From Paragordius varius (taxonomy: Eukaryota > Animalia > Nematomorpha): a stretch of 64,000 nucleotides of DNA. Both the position numbers and the translations under genes were made by a program. Shown here piece by piece: positions 52,606-64,000 of the stretch; the stretch's first letter is position 1, and every line of letters begins with the position of its first letter. The notes under the pieces are model-generated. The model was not told where the DNA came from. It did not search any database and worked only from the letters and a program-made list of their open reading frames with translations. The stretch is from positions 10,354,001-10,418,000 of the forward strand of contig OZ176054.1 of the NCBI GenBank assembly GCA_964247055.1, written 5' to 3'.

Positions 52606-55600
52606 TATATATATACATTGAATATGAATTTTCACAATAAAGTTGCCATAATCTTTATACTTTCCTTTTTAATTTTTGGCTTTTAAATATTTCTTTTGGT
52701 CCTAATTTTGAATACGGCCTTTCCTCATTCTCTTAATGTTGAAATAGGATCAATCAAATGGTCCCGGTTTTACCAGAAAAGATTTTATTAGATGCTATTT
52801 TTTCAGTTAAACTATATAAATAATTTATATTTTAAATTAAAAAAATATTATAAAATAGTCCCGTTTAAAATGGTCTGTCTTAGAACCGTTTAAAATTGGT
52901 TAATAGTTTTTAAACGGTTGCATAAAAGCTAATGAATTTGATTTTCATATGGAAAGTACCACGATAATTATAATATTTTATCTAAAAATTTAGAATAAAA
53001 TTTTAAAAAATGTTTAAATTTTATTATATTATATAGTATTTAGCAGAATTTCTGATAGTAATTATTGATTAAATTATATAAAATAATTTAACAAATAGAC
53101 ATGCTATGGTTATTTAAATTGAGTCATGAACAAAACGGAATAGAAATAGATAATTTTTATACTTGTTCCACAAAATATCTTACTTTTTAAATTATTACAT
53201 ATTCCATCTTTTATGGAGTATTTTATTGAATATATATAATTATTTTTTTCACACCACTAAAGCATGTTATATCACACATGTCTAAAATAAATTATCTAAA
53301 AAATTAAATAATTTGCTAAAAATTATCTTTTCAAAAAGCTTGTTATACGGATAATAAGAAATTTATAAATATTAGTTGCGGAATTAACCATGACACGAGG
53401 CATACAAAGATGGCAAAATCGTAATTTTTAGATCTTATCAATTTTTGTAAAATATTTTTCTGTCCTTAACATTTTACTTTGATTTATTTTTTTTGAATAA
53501 TATAGTTGCCAGACGTGGAGGCTTTCGTTGGTTTATTAATGGTTTATATTATATATGAGATCTATTGCATTATTATGTTAAATATATTTGAGAATAATTT
53601 ATATAACTATATCCATGACCTTTTGGGGTAGTTTTATATCCCAAAGCAACAAATACTCAAAAATATTTAAGATATTAAGCCGAATTATAAAATATGCTTT
53701 CTTTACTATTTTAGGCGTGTTATACAATAATCTTTTGAAAAGATATTTAAAATGAAAAAAAATCATCTTCTCGATTTTCGCCGTTATTTTTTTCCTATAA
53801 CTTTTACACTACAAAAATATGCAAAATATATATCACAAATAAATAGAAAACGTAAATAAATACTTTAAAAAAAGCTTTCAGAATATATTATCAGCCAATA
53901 CTTGATATATATATATATATCAATATCAGATTATAATGATTGTGTTTTCGAGCTGTCTTAATTTTAGACTCCAGAAGTCACGAAACCGTAAAAAATATAA
54001 GCTTCTAATCTAAAACATGATAACAATGTTTCAAAATAAAATTTTAACTACCAAATTGAGCTTTAAGATTTAAAACTACCCTAATAAGTAATTGCGGACA
54101 ATGTAAACTATATTTTGCCTATTAAAACGAAGGTTTACGTGACACAGGTATGGTTACTTTCATTTCAGTTAATTTTGATAATTACTATAAATTATTACGC
54201 CTGTGTAGAATTGACCAATGGTATAATCATTTTGACGCTATTCCAAAATCTAAAATCTCTAATCTAATCTAAATTAAAATTGATTTTAGCGATGAGAATG
54301 GCTACGCAAAGTTTGAATTGATATAAAGGACATTTTTTAAGGCATACGAAATGATGCATATCGTATAATTTATAATATATTATGGATAACTTTAATCTAT
54401 TGCTTATGTAAGAAATTGAAGAGATATTAAATCGTAAGTCATTATAAATATGAAAATTAATACGTGAGAAATGGTCATTTGTTATATAACTTATTTACCA
54501 CGTTAAAATATGAATTGATTAAAGAAAAATAAGGTGGTGTAATTATTAAAAGCTTATCGTCTTAAATTTTAAAAGATTTCGGACATTTTGTATAAAAAAA
54601 ATTTTTTGGTTGGGATTCACCCGTATTATAATTTGGGGTCTAAAACTAATACCAACGGCTGATTTAACCATTTGACTGTTATAACTAAAAAGAAACAAAT
54701 TAAAATATTTACTAAAAGAGTAATCTCAAAGATTGATGAAATTAAACTTATCTCAGCTATAGAAACAATAAGAAAGTTCTTTTTTTACATGTAAACCATT
54801 TAAGAACTTTTAAAATTCCTAAAAATATGGAAAAAATCTACATTTCACATATATGTAAATAAATAAATTAATAATATTAAAGAAAAATAATTAATCTAGC
54901 CCATAAATTAATTTTCTTTTATTACATTTCAATATTTTATGAAGAAATCGAAAATGTAGCACAAGGTAATATATTTAACGGTGGCGTTTTAATTTGAATT
55001 AATTGATCAATTTTAAGCTCTAATTCTGGGAATTTTACACTAAAACTTATGATTTTGTCAGGCTAATAAAAATGTTTTAAAGTGTCCTTCTTTCATAAAT
55101 TCTAAATGGTCATTTTTATACATCTTAAATGAAACGTTTCTTAGATTAATATTTCACATAGAAAAATTTTTATTTGTAATTAAACAATAAATAATGGGTG
55201 TTGGCATATTTATTTTTTTAAATGGTTTCCTTAATTACTAATTGCAATATAATTTACTCTGTTAACCTATCTCCTTTTAGATATATCATTGGATTCAGGT
55301 AGAAAATAAAAATTTTGGTTGCAATCAACAATCTAAAATTTTATATTGTGTGGTTTTAGTGGACGAACTACAAATGGCTCTAAGTAAATAATATCTTGAA
55401 ATAATTATGAAATGTCTGATTTTTCATCAAAACTTTGTATAAATTAAGAAAATAAATAATTTTTTAAAAGGAATAAAAAATCCTGTAAATGAAAGAATGG
55501 GATGTTTCAAAGATCTATATAGAGATATTGCAATGAAAATTATTAAATTTATTTAAATAAAATAAAATTAATTTAACACAGCATTCAAAACTATGTATCG

Positions 55601-58333
55601 CATTAAGTTAGAAAGATAAAACATCCAAAAATATTTTTTAGTTAATCAGTAAGGATAAAAGTAAATATAAATACACATTATATTAGACGAACTTGGTGCA
55701 AATAATTGTATATATATTTACAATTATTCCAATAATTAAATAATTATCTTTAATATATTTTATGCAAGTCAACAACGATGTTCTTGAAAGTAAATCGTTT
55801 CTCATAAACTTTTATTCTGTATGTTAGGTTATATGCCAAATTTTACCGAACCTTAATATCCCAAATGACAGTTGTCTATTAGTTCACATACTTTTATCTA
55901 TATATCTAAATAAATTACAAAACAAAATTTAGATTAATTTAGCATGTGTTATTGGTTTATCTGATGTGAAAATGATTGAAGGATTAATCAAATCGATTTT
56001 ATTAGAAATGGCAATTTGATAGATTAAAGCTTCTTTTTTTAGTGGTTAAGTATTATTTGTGTAATGGTGATTTTGTAAAAAAATACATTGTACGCCATCG
56101 CTTCTGGCTGAGAAAAAATGCTTGTTCATAATTTTTAGCATTTTTATATTTTGGAGGATGTTAAAAAGAATAGAAAGAATTGTATACTGTTTTTTAAAAA
56201 AAATTGATAATAAACTTAAATTTAAAGATAAATAATTTTTTAATCATATATTATTAGGTGTAAGAAATCTTTCGCATCATTAAATCACAAAGTTTAATTA
56301 TAAAATCTTTTTTCTACCGTTCCCATATTCAGAAAATGTCATAAAATACGCCTCAACTCTAAATTGATTTTTTAGAAATATGCATTTTAATCAGATTCAT
56401 AAATCTACCATAATTTCTTAGCTTATTTTGAAGCTGTGGTAGTCACATCTAAAAATTTAAATATATTATGAAAAGATTGTTTTACACCTTATTTATAATC
56501 TTTGACCAAAATTTTGCCTTTTATTTAGGAGGAATTAAAATAAAATTGGTTATATCTTTATCAACACTTCATTACATTTTATGATAATTTTATACCTTCG
56601 AAAATAGTTTATCTATCCTATGCTGGGAAAAAGTTAGATAAATCATAAGTAAGGCCCATCCAAAATTACCTGAAAATAAATTATATGTCAACATACATAT
56701 ATTCGCTAGGATATTTTTTATAACCCCGATTTACATTGGGAAATTAATAACGATTTAATTTCTTGTCAGAATATATAATATTAACTTTTCACTTTTTTGA
56801 TCTAGTTTACCTTTTGAGAAAGTTGAGATTAGTTCTGAAAATAACTAAATTTTAGATGTTTTAAATAATCTGAGACTTCTAAAGCAGGGGTGTCCAACAG
56901 GTCGTTTGGAAGCCACTATTCTTAATTTTTAATCGGCTCTTAAAAATATTAAAAAAAAAATTTTTTGCAAAAAATCTGATATTTGAATGGCGATGTAAAA
57001 AAATTTAAAAAGTATTTTAATTTGATTTAAAATTTTTTATAATATTTTTTATATTCGTTTTTTTTTATTCATTCAATCATTTTCCTTTACAATCAAAAAT
57101 TTTGAATACTTGCCACCGGTAAACTTTTTTAGGTAATATTAAGAGAAAGAGCCATATTTTTGAAAACCACAGTTCTCCTTTTTAATATAGCAATTCCTAT
57201 ATTATAGGAGCTACAAAAATATATAAAAATATCTACATGTCTAACCATATGGGTCACTGAAAAAGGAATATGGCTCATATATTTAAAAATTGTTTACTAA
57301 TCACAGTTTAGCAAGAATTTAAGTGGGGTAAGCCTCAGTTGTCTTCTTTGAAAAAATTCATCATTTTCTCTTTATAGAATTTATATATTATATTTGTGTT
57401 TTCATCAGATATATATCTAAGAATATTTTCCTTTGTCCATGCATTTTATCAAATGTTTTTACACATTTTAGTATAATTAAACAGCAATAGCATTATTATA
57501 ATTTTACAAATATTTTTATATATGAAACTTGAGACATTTATATATGTTTATATAATATAATTATTTGATGCCTATGTCTTGTATATATATATATATTAAT
57601 TCGAATTCGGCTCTTCGGATTTTTGAGGTCGAAAATGAACTATTCAAGTCATTTGTGCAGGACACCCCTGTTTTAGAGTCTAAAATGGCACAGCTCCACA
57701 AGATAGAGAGACAAACAGCTGATTTAAATTCAAAATTTGCCAATTTTGCTTGCAAAATATAACCAACCTTGTTAGATTTATTATTTAGCCTAATATATCT
57801 TTGCATGTCTGTTGCATTGGGTATTAAAAATAAATCATAGAATAAATGAGAAAAATTTTGAAACGAGGTTTTTTTAATAAAATACATATTTTAAGATATT
57901 TTTTGAATAAAATGGCTAAAAGGCTAACATATTTTTAAATTCGGCTAAATATCATATATACGTTTTTTAAGATATTTAAACTTCAAATAGCTCTGGGATA
58001 TTAATGTCCGCCAAAAGGTGTGGAGTAATAGTGTTAAGATTAATTACTATGTTATTTACAAAGATTTTTTACACAGGTGAAAATTCAGAATATAGTAAGA
58101 AATGCATGCCATGTCTATTAAAATATTAAATTTAAAATAGATTTTTATATTTTTTATAGCATACTGATATACTAATATAAATATTTTAAGATCTGGGCTT
58201 TTTGCGTATATTAACTTACGGTCTTAACTATTTGAAAAAATGTGAAACTTTGGCTCGGATAATTAAATCTTGATTGGGTATCTATTATTAATAAAACTAT
58301 ATCGAGAGTTTGTCCTGTGTAAAAAGGGAGTAG

Positions 58334-61300
58334 AATTACTAAATATTATTTTACATGCCCGGATAATAAGGACTACACTATCAAATCTAATAATAAGCCT
58401 ATAAACTGCATTCTTAAGATATCACAAACCGATATAATTAAAATATTTTACAAAAGCGACAATGTAACACATGCCTTGACCTGTTTGAATCAGGTACCCA
58501 GGCATATATTTAAATGCACAAAGGTATCCCGATTTTTTAATTCCTTAGATGATTTTATTAATCATGAAGTTCTTGAAATGTTGTATGATACTTATGATAT
58601 ACAAGCTAAAGGAATAATATTAATCTTAAACGCGATCGCTCGTAAAAAGCATATTTCATGTAAATATAATAAAAATGTTTTAGTGGATGATTACATCAAA
58701 CCACTTTTGGCGATTGATAATGTTCATCATTTGGATATTAACCTAATTAAAATCTGGATTATCTCATTTAAAAAAGATATTCTGACAGATAAATTCAGAG
58801 TAAATGTACTTAATCAAATATTACGAGTAAATTTTTTAAATATTTTGTAGAAGCTAAATCAATACATCTATACCAATAATGAAGATTATGAGAATTTAAT
58901 TGACAGTATATTAATTGTAACTTGAAGATTTTATTGATTTCACAATTTTATATTATAATAAGCATCCTCTTGATAAAGCATTAGGATTTTTTACCAATGA
59001 TTTTTGGAATCAAATTTTAGATTATATTATTGTCTTAGAAAAACGATCTCATTTTGAGGATTGGCAAATTTTATGTAACATTTTATATCTTTTATTGGAA
59101 CATACAACACGTAACCCAATCGCTGACTTCAAAGTAATCTATAATTTTTTAAACTCTTTACTCTATTTGTATTTCAGTTATATCTATCCCATAATTTACA
59201 TTAAGGGCATTTTTAGTAAGTTAATTCTTAATTTTTATTTTCTGGTTTCATGTGAACGATAAATTTTTAAATGTATTAGTATAATGCACTTTTTATCATG
59301 TTATGTTTAACATTTTCAAAACAATTACCATTTTAATTTGAGATTTTTTGAATAGCTAACTCATTTATTCCGAATTTGAATATCTTATCAAATAATTATA
59401 TTATTATTATTGTATCAAAGATCGTTGTCAATTTATTGCTTTTTCGAAGGTGTATGTTCTCCAGTTTATTCGATTGTAAGTGAGTGATGTTAACTGTTGT
59501 AAAGACTAAAGAGAGATTGGTTAAGCATTGATAATTACCAAAAAAATGGAGCCAGCATTTTTATCTTAAAGGCCGTGCACACCATATAATATACCGAAAA
59601 TTATGTAATACCTGTTTGACACATTTGCAGAGTACTCTATATATAATCTCCAAATAAGAACATTAAAAATTGTAAAAAATAATTTTCATGACCATTAAAG
59701 TCAATAATTTTTTGATTCTATAATCCATACAATATGTATAATCATTTTTATAGTTATGTGGGAAAATTATTAAACATGTCAGTACGATATTACGTGAAAA
59801 CCATTTCGAAGTTTTGAGTAAAGGTGTTGTTGACAAAAGACGACAGAAACCGCTTTCCGACATTCAAAAATCTAACAAAAATTCTACAAGCGAAAATTTT
59901 TGTTCAGTTGATTTGTGTGTACAACAACTTTTAACCAATATAACCAACATTTTAATGATGTTGATGATATCAACTAAAAAATTTGATCCTAATAAAAATC
60001 CTGAGAAATTAGTCTTGAATAATAATAATAATAATAAAGAAATGGTTATGGAATTTTGCATGGAATCCAATTTAATGATTAACCTACAAACTATATACAA
60101 TTATGGTGAGTTGTATTTGAATTTGGAAACGTAAAAAACATTTTTTAAAATTTTGATTATATGTAAAATTTTGGATATTAATATTAATTTACCGCCGCTT
60201 ATGGTTTAAGAATTCTTAATTAACTTTTGTATCAACATAAGTTTTTTAACCAACATACATATATATATATAGTATGGTAAATTTACATTTATCAAATTTT
60301 TAACTAATGATTGCCATTTTATTTTTTGCTACATGCTTAATAGGTAATATCGATTACCAATTTAACGTATGCAAAATCTTATACATACTTTCATTGAATC
60401 CTGAATGTTCCGCCATCCTATTTCAACCAATGACTAAATTGTTAACTCAAGTATATCTATATATATATATATATATATATAGTTTGAATCATAATTGTAA
60501 TATCGTTTTTTTGTTGTTTACATACAATCACACCTTATTTTTTAGATTTTTCTATTTCAACCATTAAAATTGTTGGCTTTTTGAATTAATAAATCAAGAA
60601 ATATTTTTGATACTGTCAATAATAATTAACCCCATCTAATATATTTAAACTAATACCTTATGATAATATAATTCTAAACAGTCATAACCTTCCTTTGCCT
60701 TGATTATTATTTAGATATATATAATTTTTGTCATTTTTTTCATTAGTATTTAATAATAATTTTTAGAGATATATTAAGATATTACATGATTTTAAATTGA
60801 AAACAAGATATTTAGAGGATATTATCAGTTAAAATAATTAAAAGAATAAATTACAAATATTTAATCCACATATATATAAATAAAAAAATTTAAAATGTCT
60901 TTTTTTATATTTTCCATTCAAGATATTCAGTGATATGTTACAATACTATTGTTGCAACAAAACTTTCAATTCAAATTCGATTTCCACAAATGATAATGTA
61001 GAAAATCACATGACTAATGATGAAAAAAATCATTTAGCTTATTTATATGGCGAAATTTGTCCAAATATTTTCATAAATTGCATGTCTGGTCCACAAAATG
61101 GACATATTATAATTTCTTCGATTATGAGTTCAAAATTTACAGAAGATTTTTTTCACACTAACAAAAGTTTTGATAACATGAGTTGGTTAAAGGCAAATGA
61201 TTTGACTCGGCTTGATGCATACTTTTATGTTTTGTTTGAGATGCTTGAAAAAAGGAATTTTAATAATGCTAATAATACTAATGGGACAATAATTTCATTG

Positions 61301-63975
61301 AATAGTTTAAATTTTTACAAATTTCTTTGGGTACTTATCATGGCACACCCTAAAACGTTTTGGGAGAAATATATGGTAAAATTTTTAAGTTTTTATAAAA
61401 AAAACTTTAAAAATGATTTGTTGATAACCTTTAACCTTATATTTAATATATATAAATAATGTCAATGTTTTATTTATATTTACAGGTTCATTTCGATTTA
61501 ATTGCTAAACAATTCAATGATTTGAATCAATCTATATTTGATGATAATACCAACAAGAATAGCGAAAAAACGGATAATATTTTGTGCGAAAAATTTTATT
61601 ACTTGATTGGTATTTTGTATCAAATTATATTGAATGCAATTTTGCCTTCCTGTGATTCCGAAGTTGATACTAAAAAAGTGGATGATAGAAATCAAAATGG
61701 TGTAATATGGGCAGATATTATTAACGGTTTTGTTAAAAGCTCTCTTGCAACATATTTCGCAAGATTATTTAGTACTATATATTTTAAATTTTTATCAAAT
61801 ACATTTTGATATGTCCATTGAATATATAATTTTAATTGTTAAGTATCAAAAAAGGACATATATCTATGAAAGATATTATCGCGATTTGACAATCATAGGT
61901 ATTAATATGTATAAAGCAAATAATTACTGTTGATGGAAAATACAATCCATTAAATTAAATTTACTTTCTAAAACCATACCGTTGTTTGCTTTAATCGACT
62001 TTTTATCGTATATAAAATATTTGTCTTGGATTTTAAGTTTTTAAGCGTATCACCATTCATTAATAAGTTATTGTGGAAAGTTGTGCCTATAGTTTTTCAA
62101 GTTTATACAAATTCTTTACACATTTCATGTTTTTAGACATTAAAAAAAACTTTGGTGTTTAAAAATAAATGCGCAAATTTAAACTTTATTTAGTGTGTAT
62201 ATATACGCGCAAAATATCAAAAAATTACCAACGAAAATTTCAAAGGATGAATTTGAGATTAGGATAAAAACGAATTTTAATGGGTCAAGAGACTGAATTT
62301 GAAATATTTTTATATGATAATATTATTTGCAATATTTTACAAAATTTATCTGTTTTAGCTCATTATACTACCACATCTTTATTGAGTGAGAATCACTTTT
62401 CATCACCATCACCACCAAATACTGAAGGCAAGACAAAAAACTTAGCGTTTCGCCTTATAATTTTACAATCCTTACATCTTTTTAATGGAATTTGGATGAG
62501 TCAATCCCTAAAAAAGAATAATAATAATTTTTTAACGCAACTATCCTCCGCTATCATAAAAGTAAACCAATCTGTTGAAAATGCCTTTGATTTCATGTTA
62601 ACGGCTTTAACGGACATTATGAAAGGTTATTTTTTCATTTTAGCTTTGGGTGAGGAAAAAGTGTGATTTGTTTTAAATTTTATGTGAGAGGGGAAAAAAT
62701 TATTTAATATTGTTTATTTAATATTGGTTTTCCGCAAATGGACATAAATTTTTGGGTTATGAAAGGGGCTAAACCAATGAAATATAATTTATAATTTAGT
62801 TATAAAAAAATTTAACCCAAAGAAAGGGCTTTAAATACCGCAAAAAAATAGTCATGGCCAAAAATAATCATATATTTTCATTTAATTATCTTTGCATTAT
62901 CCATAAAGTATCTAACATTTTTAACCATTTTTATAATCAAAAATCTTTAAGCTATCGTCTTTTCCGTTTATTTTTTGGATTATGGGAACTTTTTTTATAA
63001 ATAATATACATAGTTAATCCACATATCATATGCAATTATAGCCGAACAAGAAAATGATGAAATGGTTTGTCAAATTGTGTATTCTTTCTACCTTATGTTA
63101 CAAATTCAAATTGAAAATGTTTTAAACCATGACAGTAAATTTACATTAATTTAATTTTTTATTTATTATAAAACGTTGAACTATTCTGTCCTTGATGTTT
63201 TGAAGGTTATGATTGAAAAACACTATAAATATTAACATTTTATTACAAGAAAAACAAATACAAGTATATTTCCTACCCAAAATATTTTTGTTTTAACCAT
63301 CAAAGATTGGTGTCTTTATTTTTTTATAAACGGTAATTACACCACATAGGTTGACAGAAAATTATGCAATAACAATTTGGATTGACATATTTTAATATAT
63401 ATATATATTGTACTTATTATTGTAATTAATATATTAATCAATAATCATAAATTTCAATGAACATAATAAAATTTATCTTAACCTTATTATATAAGGTTTT
63501 AAGACATTTAAACCCTATTTAATGAATAATAATTATTTAAAGCCGTTTAATATATTTATTTACACCACATATTACCCTTTAAATAGATTTTATGGACGAA
63601 AATTGTAGTAAAAATAACTGAATTTTTGATTTCTAAAAATGTTTTTCCAAATTTTGCCATAATAGTAAACAAAAATTATAATATATTATACAGTTAAAAT
63701 ATAAAATACTGATGTTCATTTGTTTGGTCTAAAAACGATTTAACATGTTAAATCAATCATTATTATCTAATAACAATTGATAAATATACCAATCTGTTAT
63801 TCATATGTTTGTATTAAAATCGATATACTATAAATAATTTGGAAAATTATGATATATCAAATTTTAGCATTTATATTATTTGTGATTAGGTATTATACCC
63901 ATACTCATAGACTTAATGCACGATCGTAATCCAATGATTAAACAATTATCTCATGCATGTCTTAACATAGTTGGG
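58334..63975 (+). CDS. KIFAP3: Kinesin-associated protein 3 (KAP3, ARM-repeat subunit of heterotrimeric kinesin-2), highly divergent; 5' end unresolved, 3' end beyond the window
   Basis: Exons ~58334-58826, 58963-59133, 59754-60105, 60344-60450, 60923-61375, 61486-61771 (donor uncertain), ~62290-62625, 63042-63134, 63890-63975. KAP3-like motifs in the correct order: LEMLYDTYDIQAKGIILILNAIAR (cf. [23 protein letters not shown]), QILCNILYLLL, GNIDYQFNVCKILYILS, AEQENDEMVCQIVYSFYLM (cf. AQQEDDEFVCQIIYVFYQM), LIDLMHDRN (cf. LIDLMHDKN). Confidence 0.82.
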
Positions 63976-64000
63976 GTAATTTATTTAATCTTGGCTTAAT

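Noticed and set aside
57561-57887. 108-aa minus-strand ORF as a gene
   Set aside because: Contains a CAGGGGTGTCC hAT-like terminus and an (AT)n tract; no recognisable motif or convincing splice chain.
60451-60482. 32-nt GT-(AT)n-AG tiny intron in KAP3
   Set aside because: Splicing there gives FES* immediately; the acceptor at 60922 restores the KAP3 frame.

Overview
Very AT-rich, TE-rich eukaryotic (metazoan-type) genomic DNA; no prokaryotic features or CRISPR. Four genes were reconstructed by hand from exon translations and GT-AG/phase consistency: a 5'-partial USP7 (+, 159-15018, 20 exons), a sphingosine kinase (-, 18501-21977), CHMP6/VPS20 (-, 27718-34483, missed by the ORF track) and a very divergent KIFAP3/KAP3 (+, ~58.3 kb to past the window end). 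A tRNA-Ala(CGC) sits head-to-head with CHMP6. Introns and intergenic DNA carry decayed RTE-like LINEs, a Penelope-like remnant and several MITE/foldback families. Main discovery: CHMP6 has four consecutive obligatory GT-AG introns of 27, 22, 26 and 24 nt, followed by 4.5 kb and 1.5 kb TE-filled introns; SPHK has a candidate 30-nt intron and KAP3 candidate 24/22-nt introns. This suggests one animal spliceosome handling both ciliate/dicyemid-sized and kilobase introns. Second highlight: an RTE-clade LINE with a complete twin-priming (5' inversion) signature. The host species cannot be determined from sequence alone. All homology calls are from recalled protein motifs, not database searches.
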